Shown here piece by piece: positions 56,256-64,000 of a DNA stretch of 64,000 bases. The notes beneath the pieces are model-generated. The model saw nothing but the letters and a program-made list of their open reading frames with translations, made no database searches and had not been told where the DNA came from. Positions within the stretch are counted from its first letter, which is position 1, and each line of letters opens with the position of its first letter. Source of the DNA: Patescibacteria group bacterium (GTDB lineage: Bacteria; Patescibacteriota; Minisyncoccia; Phycocordibacterales; UBA2100); contig JBBTXY010000003.1 in NCBI GenBank assembly GCA_038062075.1, positions 17,589 through 81,588 on the forward strand. Direction: 5' to 3'. A program made the translations under genes and the position numbers.

Positions 56256-58799
56256 ATGTCGTTTCTCAATCAATGGTTCGGAGATGGCTCCGGGAGCGCC
56301 TTACGCCGGGCCGAACCTATAGTCGGGAAGGTCAATGCTCTTGAGGAGAGTTTCAAAGTGCTCTCGGACGAGGCGCTGAAGGCGAAAACGACCGAATTTA
56401 AGGGGCGTCTCGAGAAAGGTGGGACCTTGGACGATCTTATGCCCGAGGCCTTTGCGGCGGTGCGGGAAGCCTCCCGCCGCACGCTTGGTCAGCGTCATTT
56501 CGATGTGCAGCTCATTGGCGGTGCGGTCTTGCACCAAGGCGGCATCGCAGAGATGCGCACCGGCGAAGGGAAGACCTTAGTCGCGACACTTCCAGCCTAT
56601 CTAAATGCACTCGAAGGGAAAGGCGTGCATGTCGTGACCGTGAACGACTACCTCTCGCGGCGCGATGCCGTGTGGATGGGACAGATCTACTGGGCGCTCG
56701 GGATGACGACTGCTGTCCTGAACCACGAAAGTTCGTTCCTCTACGATCCAAGCGCGGTACCGCAGGAAGAGAAGGCGGAAGATGAGAAGGTACAGGATGA
56801 ACTCGGCGCATTCAAGGTTGTGCATGAATTCCTCCGTCCCATCTCGCGCGAAGAAGCCTACGCGGCGGACATCACCTATGGAACCAACAACGAGTATGGT
56901 TTCGACTACTTGCGCGATAACCTTGAATACGAGCCGGGAAAGATCCGCCAAAAGCAGCACCACTTCGCTATTGTTGACGAAATTGACTCCATCTTGATCG
57001 ACGAAGCGCGCACGCCCCTCATCATCTCTGCGCCGGTTGCCGACGCCGAGGGTCTCTATCAGACATTCGCGCAGATCGCTACGACGATGAAAGAAGACGA
57101 AGATTATACTGTCGAGCATAAGCATCGCGCCATCATCATGACCGACGCGGGCATCGAGAAAGCCGAAGCAGCGCTTGGTCTTGGCTCCATCTACACCGAT
57201 GCCGGTATCAAGTATGTGCACCATCTGGAGACGGCCGTGCGCGGGAAGGCCCTGTTCCAGCGCGATAAGGAATATGTCGTGCGGGGCGGGGAAGTCATCA
57301 TCGTGGATGAATTCACGGGCCGCATGCAGCCAGGCAGACGCTGGAGTGAAGGCTTGCACCAGGCGATCGAGGCCAAAGAAGGCGTCGCCATACAAAAAGA
57401 GAGCCGCACGTTCGCGTCCATCACGTTCCAGAATTATTTCCGTCTTTACACGAAGCTTGCCGGGATGACGGGCACTGCCGCGACCTCTTCGGAAGAGTTC
57501 TTCAAGGTCTATGGGTTGACGACCGTCGCCATCCCAACGAACAAGCCGCCGAAGCGCGTTGATCACGATGACATGATGTTCCAATCGGAGAGCGGGAAGA
57601 TGCACGCGATCGCGAAGCGCGTCAAAGACCTGCACGAAAAAGGGCAGCCCGTCCTCGTCGGCACCGTTTCCGTCGAGAAGAACGAACTTCTCTCCACCCA
57701 TTTCAAACAAGCAGGTATCCCGCACGAACTTCTCAACGCGAAGAACCACGAGCGGGAAGGCGAGATCATCGCACAGGCCGGACGCAGGGGCGCCGTCGTC
57801 ATCGCGACGAATATGGCCGGCCGCGGCGTCGACATCAAGCTTGGAGGAAATCCGGCAACTGACGAGCAGTATGAGGAAGTGAGAAACGCAGGCGGTCTTT
57901 TCGTCCTCGGCACGGAGCGGCACGAAGCGCGGCGCATTGACAATCAGCTGCGCGGCCGTGCTGGCCGCCAAGGAGATCCTGGTGAGACGCAATTCTTCGT
58001 TTCCCTCGAAGATTCGCTGATGAAGATATTCGCCTCTGATGTTATCAAGCGAGTGATGGGCACCTTCAAGATCCCCGAAGACGAGCCTATTTACAATTCG
58101 ATGATAACGAAATCGTTGGAGCGTGCGCAGACGAGGATCGAGGAGATGAATTTCGATTCGCGCAAACATGTGCTTGCCTACGACGACGTCTTGAACGTGC
58201 AGCGCAAGAGCATCTACGAGCGTCGCCGCGCTCTTCTTGTTGGCGGCAACGAGACCGTCGATGGAGAACTCGGCCGCGTCGCGGAATTCATTCTCGAAGA
58301 GAAAGACGCGTGGAGGGGAAAGATCCAAGAACTAAAAACTAAGAACGGGGAAGCATTTTATCCCGCTGTGAGGCGTTTACTTCTGCAAACCGTCGATCTT
58401 CTGTGGGTCGAGCACCTCGAAGCGATGGAATACCTGCGCTCCTCGGTGAACCTGCGCGCGTACGGCCAGCGCGATCCTTTGGTGGAATACAAGAAAGAAG
58501 GCCTGCGCCTTTTCCAAGGGATGGAAGCATCCTACACGTTGCACGTTGCCTCAACTGTGCCTGGCCTGTTCGGAGCGCAACAGCGCGAAGGCCTGCCTGC
58601 CGCAGTCTTGACGAAGGCGGGGGAAGTCGTGCAAAAAGCTGCGCAATCTATTACCGCATCGCACGTGCACACCGGCATCAAAAAATACGGCCGCAACGAC
58701 AAGGTCACCATCACCGACGGCACGACGACGCAGGAAATGAAATTCAAGAAGGCAGAGCGGCTCTTACAAACTGGTCAGTGGAAAATTGTTGAGCGTTGA
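56256..58799 (+). CDS. secA: Preprotein translocase ATPase SecA (short form, no C-terminal zinc finger)
   Basis: 'RTGEGKTLVATLPAYLNAL', DEAD-like 'IVDEIDSILIDEARTPLIIS', 'TNMAGRGVDIKLGG'. Confidence 0.95.
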   Translation: MSFLNQWFGDGSGSALRRAEPIVGKVNALEESFKVLSDEALKAKTTEFKGRLEKGGTLDDLMPEAFAAVREASRRTLGQRHFDVQLIGGAVLHQGGIAEMRTGEGKTLVATLPAYLNALEGKGVHVVTVNDYLSRRDAVWMGQIYWALGMTTAVLNHESSFLYDPSAVPQEEKAEDEKVQDELGAFKVVHEFLRPISREEAYAADITYGTNNEYGFDYLRDNLEYEPGKIRQKQHHFAIVDEIDSILIDEARTPLIISAPVADAEGLYQTFAQIATTMKEDEDYTVEHKHRAIIMTDAGIEKAEAALGLGSIYTDAGIKYVHHLETAVRGKALFQRDKEYVVRGGEVIIVDEFTGRMQPGRRWSEGLHQAIEAKEGVAIQKESRTFASITFQNYFRLYTKLAGMTGTAATSSEEFFKVYGLTTVAIPTNKPPKRVDHDDMMFQSESGKMHAIAKRVKDLHEKGQPVLVGTVSVEKNELLSTHFKQAGIPHELLNAKNHEREGEIIAQAGRRGAVVIATNMAGRGVDIKLGGNPATDEQYEEVRNAGGLFVLGTERHEARRIDNQLRGRAGRQGDPGETQFFVSLEDSLMKIFASDVIKRVMGTFKIPEDEPIYNSMITKSLERAQTRIEEMNFDSRKHVLAYDDVLNVQRKSIYERRRALLVGGNETVDGELGRVAEFILEEKDAWRGKIQELKTKNGEAFYPAVRRLLLQTVDLLWVEHLEAMEYLRSSVNLRAYGQRDPLVEYKKEGLRLFQGMEASYTLHVASTVPGLFGAQQREGLPAAVLTKAGEVVQKAAQSITASHVHTGIKKYGRNDKVTITDGTTTQEMKFKKAERLLQTGQWKIVER

Positions 58800-58843
58800 A
58801 ATGGAATGTGTACCTCTCATGGGATTGTTAGAGGCAGCGGAGT

Positions 58844-58880
58844 CCAGCACCAATGTTTCTTCAAGAAACATTGGTGCTGG
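58844..58880 (+). repeat. Perfect 17-bp-stem hairpin downstream of secA
   Basis: CCAGCACCAATGTTTCTT-ca-AAGAAACATTGGTGCTGG; no U-tract follows. Confidence 0.45.
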
Positions 58881-58953
58881 GCGGAGCCCTTGCTTGCAAC
58901 AGGGAAGTGGAAGATCATAGCGTAGCCGACTGGAATTTTTAAGGGAAGCGGGT

Positions 58954-60405
58954 ATGATTGCCCGCATGTCCGAATTCGTTCCTACGATAGGTCTTGAGAT
59001 TCATGCGGAGCTGAAGACGCGCACTAAGATGTTCTGCAACTCGAAGAATGACCCCGAAGAAAAGCGGCCGAATGTGAATATCTGCCCCGTCTGTCTCGCG
59101 CATCCTGGAACGCTTCCGGTCATCAATAGGGAAGCTGTGCGACATGTTCTGCGCGTGGGCGTCGCGCTTGGCGGCGAGCTTGCTGATTACACTGAATTTG
59201 ACCGCAAGAATTATTTCTATCCTGACCTCCCCAAGGGTTACCAGGTCAGTCAGTACGAATTCCCGCTTGTTTCTAGGGGGTCGCTAAACGGCATTGTCAT
59301 CACGCGCGTGCATCTTGAAGAGGACACGGCGAGCTCCATCCACGATGCCAAAACGGGAGCTACACTTATAAACTTTAACCGCTCCGGCGTTCCTTTGATG
59401 GAGCTGGTGACAGAGCCCGTGATACACACGGCGGAGGAAGCGGGGAACTTCGCACGCGAGCTGCAGATTCTCCTGCGCTATCTTGATGCGAGCGATGCCG
59501 ATATGGAGAAAGGGCAGATGCGCCTTGAAGCGAATGTTTCCGTTTCCGATTCTGACGTGCTTGGCACCAAAGTGGAAGTGAAAAATATCAACTCGTTCCG
59601 CGCGATGGAGCGGGCAATCGCCTATGAGATCAAACGCCAGAGCGACGTTCTTGCTCGCGGTGAGCGCGTAATTCAAGAGACCCGCGGTTGGGACGATACG
59701 AAGCAGCAGACATTCTCGCAGCGTGTAAAAGAAGTTGCCGCCGATTACCGATATTTTCCCGATCCCGATCTGCCATCATTGAAACTCTCGGAGATCTCTG
59801 AGTTTTCGCATGACGTACTTATGCAGTCGATCCCCGAATTACCAGAGGCGCGCAGGGGGCGCTATGCAGAGTGGGGGATAAAGCCGGCTGACGCGGAGCA
59901 GTTCGTGAGCTATCCCCGCCTCGGTGCTTTCTTCGACGAGGTGGCAGAAAGGCATCTTGGCGACGCTGCCTTTATCCAACGCTCGGCAAATTACATTGCG
60001 AACGATTTAGTGAAGATAATCCGAGATACCGGAGAGCAAGATACGGAATTGATTGCTGAAATACCGATTTCAGCTACCAGATTCGAGAAAATAATCAGGC
60101 TCATAGGAGAGGGGAAGATCTCCTCTCGGGTGGCCAAAGACCTACTAGTGCACACGATAGAAGAGGGCAAAGAGCCTGAGACGATCGCCAAGGAGCGCGG
60201 GCTCTTTACTGAAGCCCAAGGTGCAGGCGTCGAACCCATCATCGAAAAGATTCTCGAAGAACATGCTTCGGTGGTCGCTGATTATAAAAAGGGGAAAGAG
60301 GCTGCGCTGCAATTTCTCATCGGCCAGTGCATGCGTGTGCTTAAAGGCGCAGCGGATCCTGTAGAGCTTCGCGCGAGGATACTTGAGAAAATTACTACAA
60401 AGTGA
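58954..60405 (+). CDS. gatB: Asp/Glu-tRNA(Asn/Gln) amidotransferase subunit B
   Basis: 'PTIGLEIHAEL', 'NICPVCLAHPGTLPV', 'VHLEEDT', C-terminal GatB/YqeY domain. Confidence 0.9.
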   Translation: MIARMSEFVPTIGLEIHAELKTRTKMFCNSKNDPEEKRPNVNICPVCLAHPGTLPVINREAVRHVLRVGVALGGELADYTEFDRKNYFYPDLPKGYQVSQYEFPLVSRGSLNGIVITRVHLEEDTASSIHDAKTGATLINFNRSGVPLMELVTEPVIHTAEEAGNFARELQILLRYLDASDADMEKGQMRLEANVSVSDSDVLGTKVEVKNINSFRAMERAIAYEIKRQSDVLARGERVIQETRGWDDTKQQTFSQRVKEVAADYRYFPDPDLPSLKLSEISEFSHDVLMQSIPELPEARRGRYAEWGIKPADAEQFVSYPRLGAFFDEVAERHLGDAAFIQRSANYIANDLVKIIRDTGEQDTELIAEIPISATRFEKIIRLIGEGKISSRVAKDLLVHTIEEGKEPETIAKERGLFTEAQGAGVEPIIEKILEEHASVVADYKKGKEAALQFLIGQCMRVLKGAADPVELRARILEKITTK

Positions 60406-60985
60406 TCATAGTCGCCAGGAACCTACGGATCTCAACATCTCCTCAGCTTACAGAGATGAGGTCCAGACAAAATAATTTTGGTGCGATGATTCTTACTTCC
60501 ACACCGAACTGGTCTTAAAAGAGACGCTAGTTATGGTATGGGAACCATACGAGCTATCTGAATGTGTGCTTGATGCTTTTCGGCAACAAGAGAATACATT
60601 TTGTAATTGACCAGAGAGAGCTTGAGTGTATGACTCATGCTTCGATATTCAAGAATTTCAGGCTCATTTCACCGGTCGTATATTCCACTCCCAGCTGAAA
60701 AGGGAGTAGATCGCTCAATGCAAGGATCGCATCAATTTCAATCCCGGTCGCAATAATGGCACTTCAAGCATTGTAGGGGAGTCACATCCATGATCATTCT
60801 GGTTAGAAATGAGTGGTGGAGAATATTGTAATTATTTTTACAACATATCTTCGCTAGGTTGCGCCCTTAAGGATACGATCGTGCCTCGTCTAGGTCCCAA
60901 ACGGGGATTTCGAGGGTCAAAATGGCAAAATCTGCTGTGATTTCAGGCTGGCGTGGGGATTGTGGTAGCCATTTTATGGCTTATT

Positions 60986-61027
60986 TAGCAAGGCTAAACC
61001 TCGCATGTGCGAGGTTTAGCCTTGCTA
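60986..61027. repeat. Perfect 40-bp palindrome (TAGCAAGGCTAAACCTCGCA|TGCGAGGTTTAGCCTTGCTA)
   Basis: Exact reverse-complement arms with no spacer, 108 bp upstream of the HuH transposase start. Confidence 0.65.
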
Positions 61028-61134
61028 GGTGAGCCAAGATATCCAGATTTTAGGCTTTTGAGGTCTTTTCAGTCCTAAAGTAGGTGCAATAATGGTTCCT
61101 GAAGCCCGGGGAGGTATTTTCGAGTCAGGAAAGT

Positions 61135-61815
61135 ATGAGACGGACCACATTTGCTGAAGGTGAATACTACCATTTGTATAATCGTGGGGTCGATAAGCGC
61201 ACTGTTTTCAGCACGCGCGGCGATTTCGAACGCTTCAAAGCGTATCTATATCTTCTGAACGACGAAGAGAGCACGCGGGCATCAAATTTCTTTGAAGGTA
61301 CGCGAGGGAAAGACCCTTATGAAAACGCGCGGGGAAACCCCCTTGTCGCGATCGGCGCGTACTGCCTCATGCCAAACCATTTCCATCTCCTCGTCACACC
61401 CCTTCTTGAACATGGCGTCCCGCGCTTCATGCAAAAACTCCTCACCGCTTATACAATGTACTTCAATGAGCGTACCCTTCGCTCCGGAAGTCTTTTTGAA
61501 GGAACATACAAGAGCCGTCATGCGGAGAGCGACACGTACCTCAAGTATCTCTACGCCTACATCCATCTTAACCCGGCGCGTTTTTTTATTACTGATTGGC
61601 AGAAGGCAACCGAAGGAGATCTGCATTCACTGGAACATAAGATCGCGACATATCCGTATTCAAGCGCGCACGAATATTTCACATCGAAGTATGTCATCAC
61701 ATCGCCATCGCATTTTCCGCGGCACTTTGTGCGGGCGAAAGACATACGATCACACCTTAATTTCTGGTTGAGGTTCAGAGTAGGTGAGGAGAAGCCTGTT
61801 CTCGGGGAAACGTAA
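61135..61815 (+). CDS. IS200-like / REP-associated tyrosine (HuH Y1) transposase
   Basis: 'YHLYNRGVDKRTVF', HuH 'CLMPNHFHLLV', catalytic Tyr region 'YLYAYIHLNP'. Confidence 0.7.
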   Translation: MRRTTFAEGEYYHLYNRGVDKRTVFSTRGDFERFKAYLYLLNDEESTRASNFFEGTRGKDPYENARGNPLVAIGAYCLMPNHFHLLVTPLLEHGVPRFMQKLLTAYTMYFNERTLRSGSLFEGTYKSRHAESDTYLKYLYAYIHLNPARFFITDWQKATEGDLHSLEHKIATYPYSSAHEYFTSKYVITSPSHFPRHFVRAKDIRSHLNFWLRFRVGEEKPVLGET

Positions 61816-61870
61816 AAAAGAGATATTGACACATCAGTTATCTCGTTGGATACCCAACAATATCTTTTTT
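61815..61870 (+). promoter_or_regulatory. Consensus -35 TTGACA (61826-61831) bracketed by inverted repeat AAAAAAGAGATATTG / CAATATCTTTTTT
   Basis: Lies between tnpA stop and HTH gene 61931; either IS right-end hairpin or operator/promoter. Confidence 0.35.
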
Positions 61871-61930
61871 AGCCTTATTCTTGCTGCCGAGATTCTCCAC
61901 AGGGGCGGTCAATGAGTAGAGACAACCTGC

Positions 61931-62929
61931 ATGTTCGTGGATATAATCCGAGACATGGCTCAGGAGATAAATCTCGGAGGGACGATATACATTTCTTCAA
62001 AGCAGGCAGCCGAGATTACCGGCTACGCCCAGGATTATGTCGGCCAACTTGCACGTAGCGGTGCTATCGAAGCGAAGCGGATCTCAGGGCTTTGGTATAT
62101 TCATGAGGACTCGATCCGACAACACAAAGAGAAGACCGATGCGTACGTCCCACAGCCGCCGCAGCCAGAGCGAGTTCAAGAAGCTGAAGTAAGTTTGTCA
62201 TTGGACGGAAAGGACTATGTCTCTGCAAAACGTGCATCAAAGCTCACAGGCTATTCCCAGGACTATGTGGGGCAATTGGCGCGCTCTGGACAGGTGTTGT
62301 CACGCCAGATCGGGAACCGGTGGTATGTTGACCGTACGTCGCTCGTCGAACACAAGAAAAAGAAAGATTCGTTGCTAGCCACAGTCCAGAGGGACTCGGT
62401 TGGCCTTGCCTCGGCATCAGAGGAAGGAGAAAACATCACAGAAGAGGCGATATCGGAGAGCCGAGACACGCATTTTACATATATTAATGAGGATAATCAG
62501 CCGATTCCTCAAATCCCTGAGAAAGAATCCAGCTATCCCGACACCAGTCTTGAAGGTCGTTCTGCTCCAGAAGAGACTCTCGAGAGCGATGTTGTCAATC
62601 AGATCCCCATACATGTCGTCTGGGCGCCAAGGCAAGGCCGTCTGGGCGCTTCATCTGGACCCGGAGGGAGGTCACATGCCAATCTCTCAAAGAGAAGCAT
62701 CTTACTTGCAGCCGGAGGTTCCTTGCTTGTTGGCATGCTTGCGCTGGTCTTATACTTAGGAGTTAGTGGTGTCTTTACTTTGCCTATTCACAATCTCGGA
62801 TTACCGAGAAATGAAGCAGCCAAAGGGTACCTTGGCAATAGTATTATTGTCAGGAGGGTGGGTGATAGTATTCACCAACTCGCTGAGATTCTCTTTTCAA
62901 AAGAAGTAGTTTATCAAAGGGTCCCATAG
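61931..62929 (+). CDS. Membrane-anchored protein with two tandem excisionase-type HTH (HTH_17-like) repeats
   Basis: Repeats 'SSKQAAEITGYAQDYVGQLARSGAIEAKRISGLWYIHEDSI' / 'SAKRASKLTGYSQDYVGQLARSGQVLSRQIGNRWYVDRTSL'; C-terminal TM 'ILLAAGGSLLVGMLALVLYLGV'. Confidence 0.55.
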   Translation: MFVDIIRDMAQEINLGGTIYISSKQAAEITGYAQDYVGQLARSGAIEAKRISGLWYIHEDSIRQHKEKTDAYVPQPPQPERVQEAEVSLSLDGKDYVSAKRASKLTGYSQDYVGQLARSGQVLSRQIGNRWYVDRTSLVEHKKKKDSLLATVQRDSVGLASASEEGENITEEAISESRDTHFTYINEDNQPIPQIPEKESSYPDTSLEGRSAPEETLESDVVNQIPIHVVWAPRQGRLGASSGPGGRSHANLSKRSILLAAGGSLLVGMLALVLYLGVSGVFTLPIHNLGLPRNEAAKGYLGNSIIVRRVGDSIHQLAEILFSKEVVYQRVP

Positions 62930-63181
62930 GTAGAGGGAGAAATGTCATATTAGGACAACGCGGAAGCCTTTTCAGGCTCTTTTGACTTTAATCTACCCAT
63001 ATAGGGCATATCGGGGTGCCGAGAATACTCTCCGTCAGTCGTAACCCCGTCAGCTACTTACGTAGTGCTTGGTTTCTGGAGCAAAAAGACGTGAGTTCCC
63101 GGTTGAGTTCCCGGAGAGATCTGATAAAAAGCTATGTGATCTTTGTTATCCCCACATGAATAATGCAAGCGGGTCTGAGAG

Positions 63182-63211
63182 CCGACTTAGCTAATAAAAT
63201 ATAGCTAAGTC
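63182..63211 (+). promoter_or_regulatory. Perfect 10-bp-stem hairpin with AT-rich loop (candidate operator / -10) upstream of HTH gene
   Basis: CGACTTAGCT-aataaaatat-AGCTAAGTCG, 17 nt upstream of ATG 63228. Confidence 0.35.
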
Positions 63212-63227
63212 GAATATCCGACTACGC

Positions 63228-64000
63228 ATGGGAAACAGCGAGGACGAACTTTTCTTTGACGGCATTCGGTATCTCTCTGCGGCGGATGCAGCAGCGTCTT
63301 CTGGTTTGCATCGCGACTATGTCGCGCGTCTCGCGCGTGAAGGAAAAATACGCGCGAAGCGCATTGGTAAGAGTTGGTACGTCAACAAGGCGTCATTCGA
63401 AGAGTTTCTCGTTCGTCAGGAATACGAACACGCGAAACGCCGCAAAGAGCTCATGCACGATCGTCGGCGCGAGTATATTCGCGCATCGCGCATCGCGCAT
63501 GGGAAGGAAGCAACACTCTCTTTCTCGAAAGATGTACTGACTTCTCTTTCTTCTACTACAACGGAGACGAAAGAAAAGGCAAAAAGTTTAGTTCGCACGG
63601 GTACGTACAATGTTCAGCGCGCTCTTGCCATTGCGGCGTCGCGCGCACAAGCGCACGCGGGAGTTCCTGTTTCGCACTTCGCGGCATTCCACGTGCCGCA
63701 CCCGGTGACCGAATTCGCGCATAAGGCCGTCGCGCTCATCACCGCGTTCGTTCTCATCTTCGGCGCATACTCGCTTGTCGATGCGCGCTATGCGCGCTTC
63801 GCACTCGAGACGATGCGTCATTCGACAGAGAGGATCATGCAAACAGGAACGTATGCTCTTAAGGGAGGTGCGGTGGAATGGGCGCGCGATGCGGCATCGC
63901 AGCTCGCGGCCGCGGCCACGAATTCCGGTGCGACCCTCGATGCTCTGTATGGTTCTTTCACACCGGATGCGGACACATCGTTCTCCCTATTTGCACGCAC
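63228..64000 (+). CDS. Excisionase-type HTH + TM protein, paralogue of 61931-62929 (3' end outside window)
   Basis: Open frame to window end (no stop, hence absent from ORF track); 'SAADAAASSGLHRDYVARLAREGKIRAKRIGKSWYVNKASF'; TM 'AVALITAFVLIFGAYSLV'. Confidence 0.5.
   Translation, partial: MGNSEDELFFDGIRYLSAADAAASSGLHRDYVARLAREGKIRAKRIGKSWYVNKASFEEFLVRQEYEHAKRRKELMHDRRREYIRASRIAHGKEATLSFSKDVLTSLSSTTTETKEKAKSLVRTGTYNVQRALAIAASRAQAHAGVPVSHFAAFHVPHPVTEFAHKAVALITAFVLIFGAYSLVDARYARFALETMRHSTERIMQTGTYALKGGAVEWARDAASQLAAAATNSGATLDALYGSFTPDADTSFSLFAR

Larger units (their letters stand above)
60980..61890 (+). mobile_element. IS200/IS605-like or RAYT-type element (HuH Y1 transposase flanked by subterminal palindromes)
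   Basis: Left palindrome 60986-61027, tnpA 61135-61815, right imperfect inverted repeat 61815-61870; lower GC. Confidence 0.45.

Noticed and set aside
56601-58328. 575-aa minus-strand ORF inside secA
   Set aside because: Antisense shadow of secA; no motifs.
60406-60985. Possible tmRNA/RNase P/SRP RNA in the long non-coding gap after gatB
   Set aside because: Did not find the tmRNA tag-peptide reading frame, the RNase P P4 (AGGAAAGTCCGG) or SRP domain IV motifs; left as unexplained non-coding DNA.
63256-63724. Track ORFs 63256..63540 and 63374..63724 (+)
   Set aside because: Frame 0 from ATG 63228 stays open to the window end and encodes an HTH_17-like domain paralogous to 61931..62929; the listed ORFs are alternative-frame artefacts.
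1-64000. CRISPR arrays, rRNA, tRNA
   Set aside because: Scanned intergenic regions by eye for regularly spaced direct repeats and tRNA T-loop/anticodon-stem patterns; none found. tRNA absence cannot be certain without tRNAscan.

Overview
High-GC (~58%) bacterial window with compact, frequently overlapping genes. About 55 kb (1-55,658) is one long cell-envelope glycan island. It contains GT4, GT2 and polyprenol-phosphate GT2 glycosyltransferases, at least four GT-C (ArnT/PMT-like) membrane transferases, a Wzx-like flippase and an O-antigen-ligase/TPR protein. It also encodes several nucleotide-sugar pathways. One is a GDP-D-glycero-D-manno-heptose operon (hddA-tal-gmhA-gmhB) with an embedded transaldolase. 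Others supply GDP-mannose (ManC, cupin PMI), dTDP-6-deoxyhexose (RmlB/RmlA/RmlD, no RmlC), and UDP-GlcA/UDP-Xyl-type enzymes (a UgdH homologue with a Cys->Ser active-site change, a UXS-like decarboxylase). There are many Gfo/Idh/MocA and SDR oxidoreductases, four methyltransferases and four inositol-monophosphatase-family paralogues. Two unexplained modules stand out. One is a 7-gene operon (5502-11458) combining a KdsC-like phosphatase, an NTP-transferase::APH-kinase fusion, a GatZ/KbaZ-like protein, an SDR, a cupin, an IMPase and a second NTP-transferase; it looks like an uncharacterised NDP-sugar route. The other is a duplicated cassette [zinc-ribbon C-methyltransferase - Gfo/Idh/MocA - FAD oxidoreductase], each copy next to GT-C enzymes. 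After an AT-rich ~600 bp non-coding gap holding a 16-aa Lys-rich mini-ORF and a strong terminator come the core genes secA and gatB. The 3' end (60.4-64 kb) is a lower-GC mobile region: a 730 bp non-coding stretch, an IS200/RAYT-like HuH transposase with a perfect 40-bp palindrome upstream, and two paralogous proteins with excisionase-type HTH repeats plus a TM helix. A 157-bp imperfect palindrome (MITE/ERIC-like) sits between convergent genes at 33.8 kb. No rRNA, tRNA or CRISPR was recognised by eye. Domain calls rest on motif recognition, not database searches.
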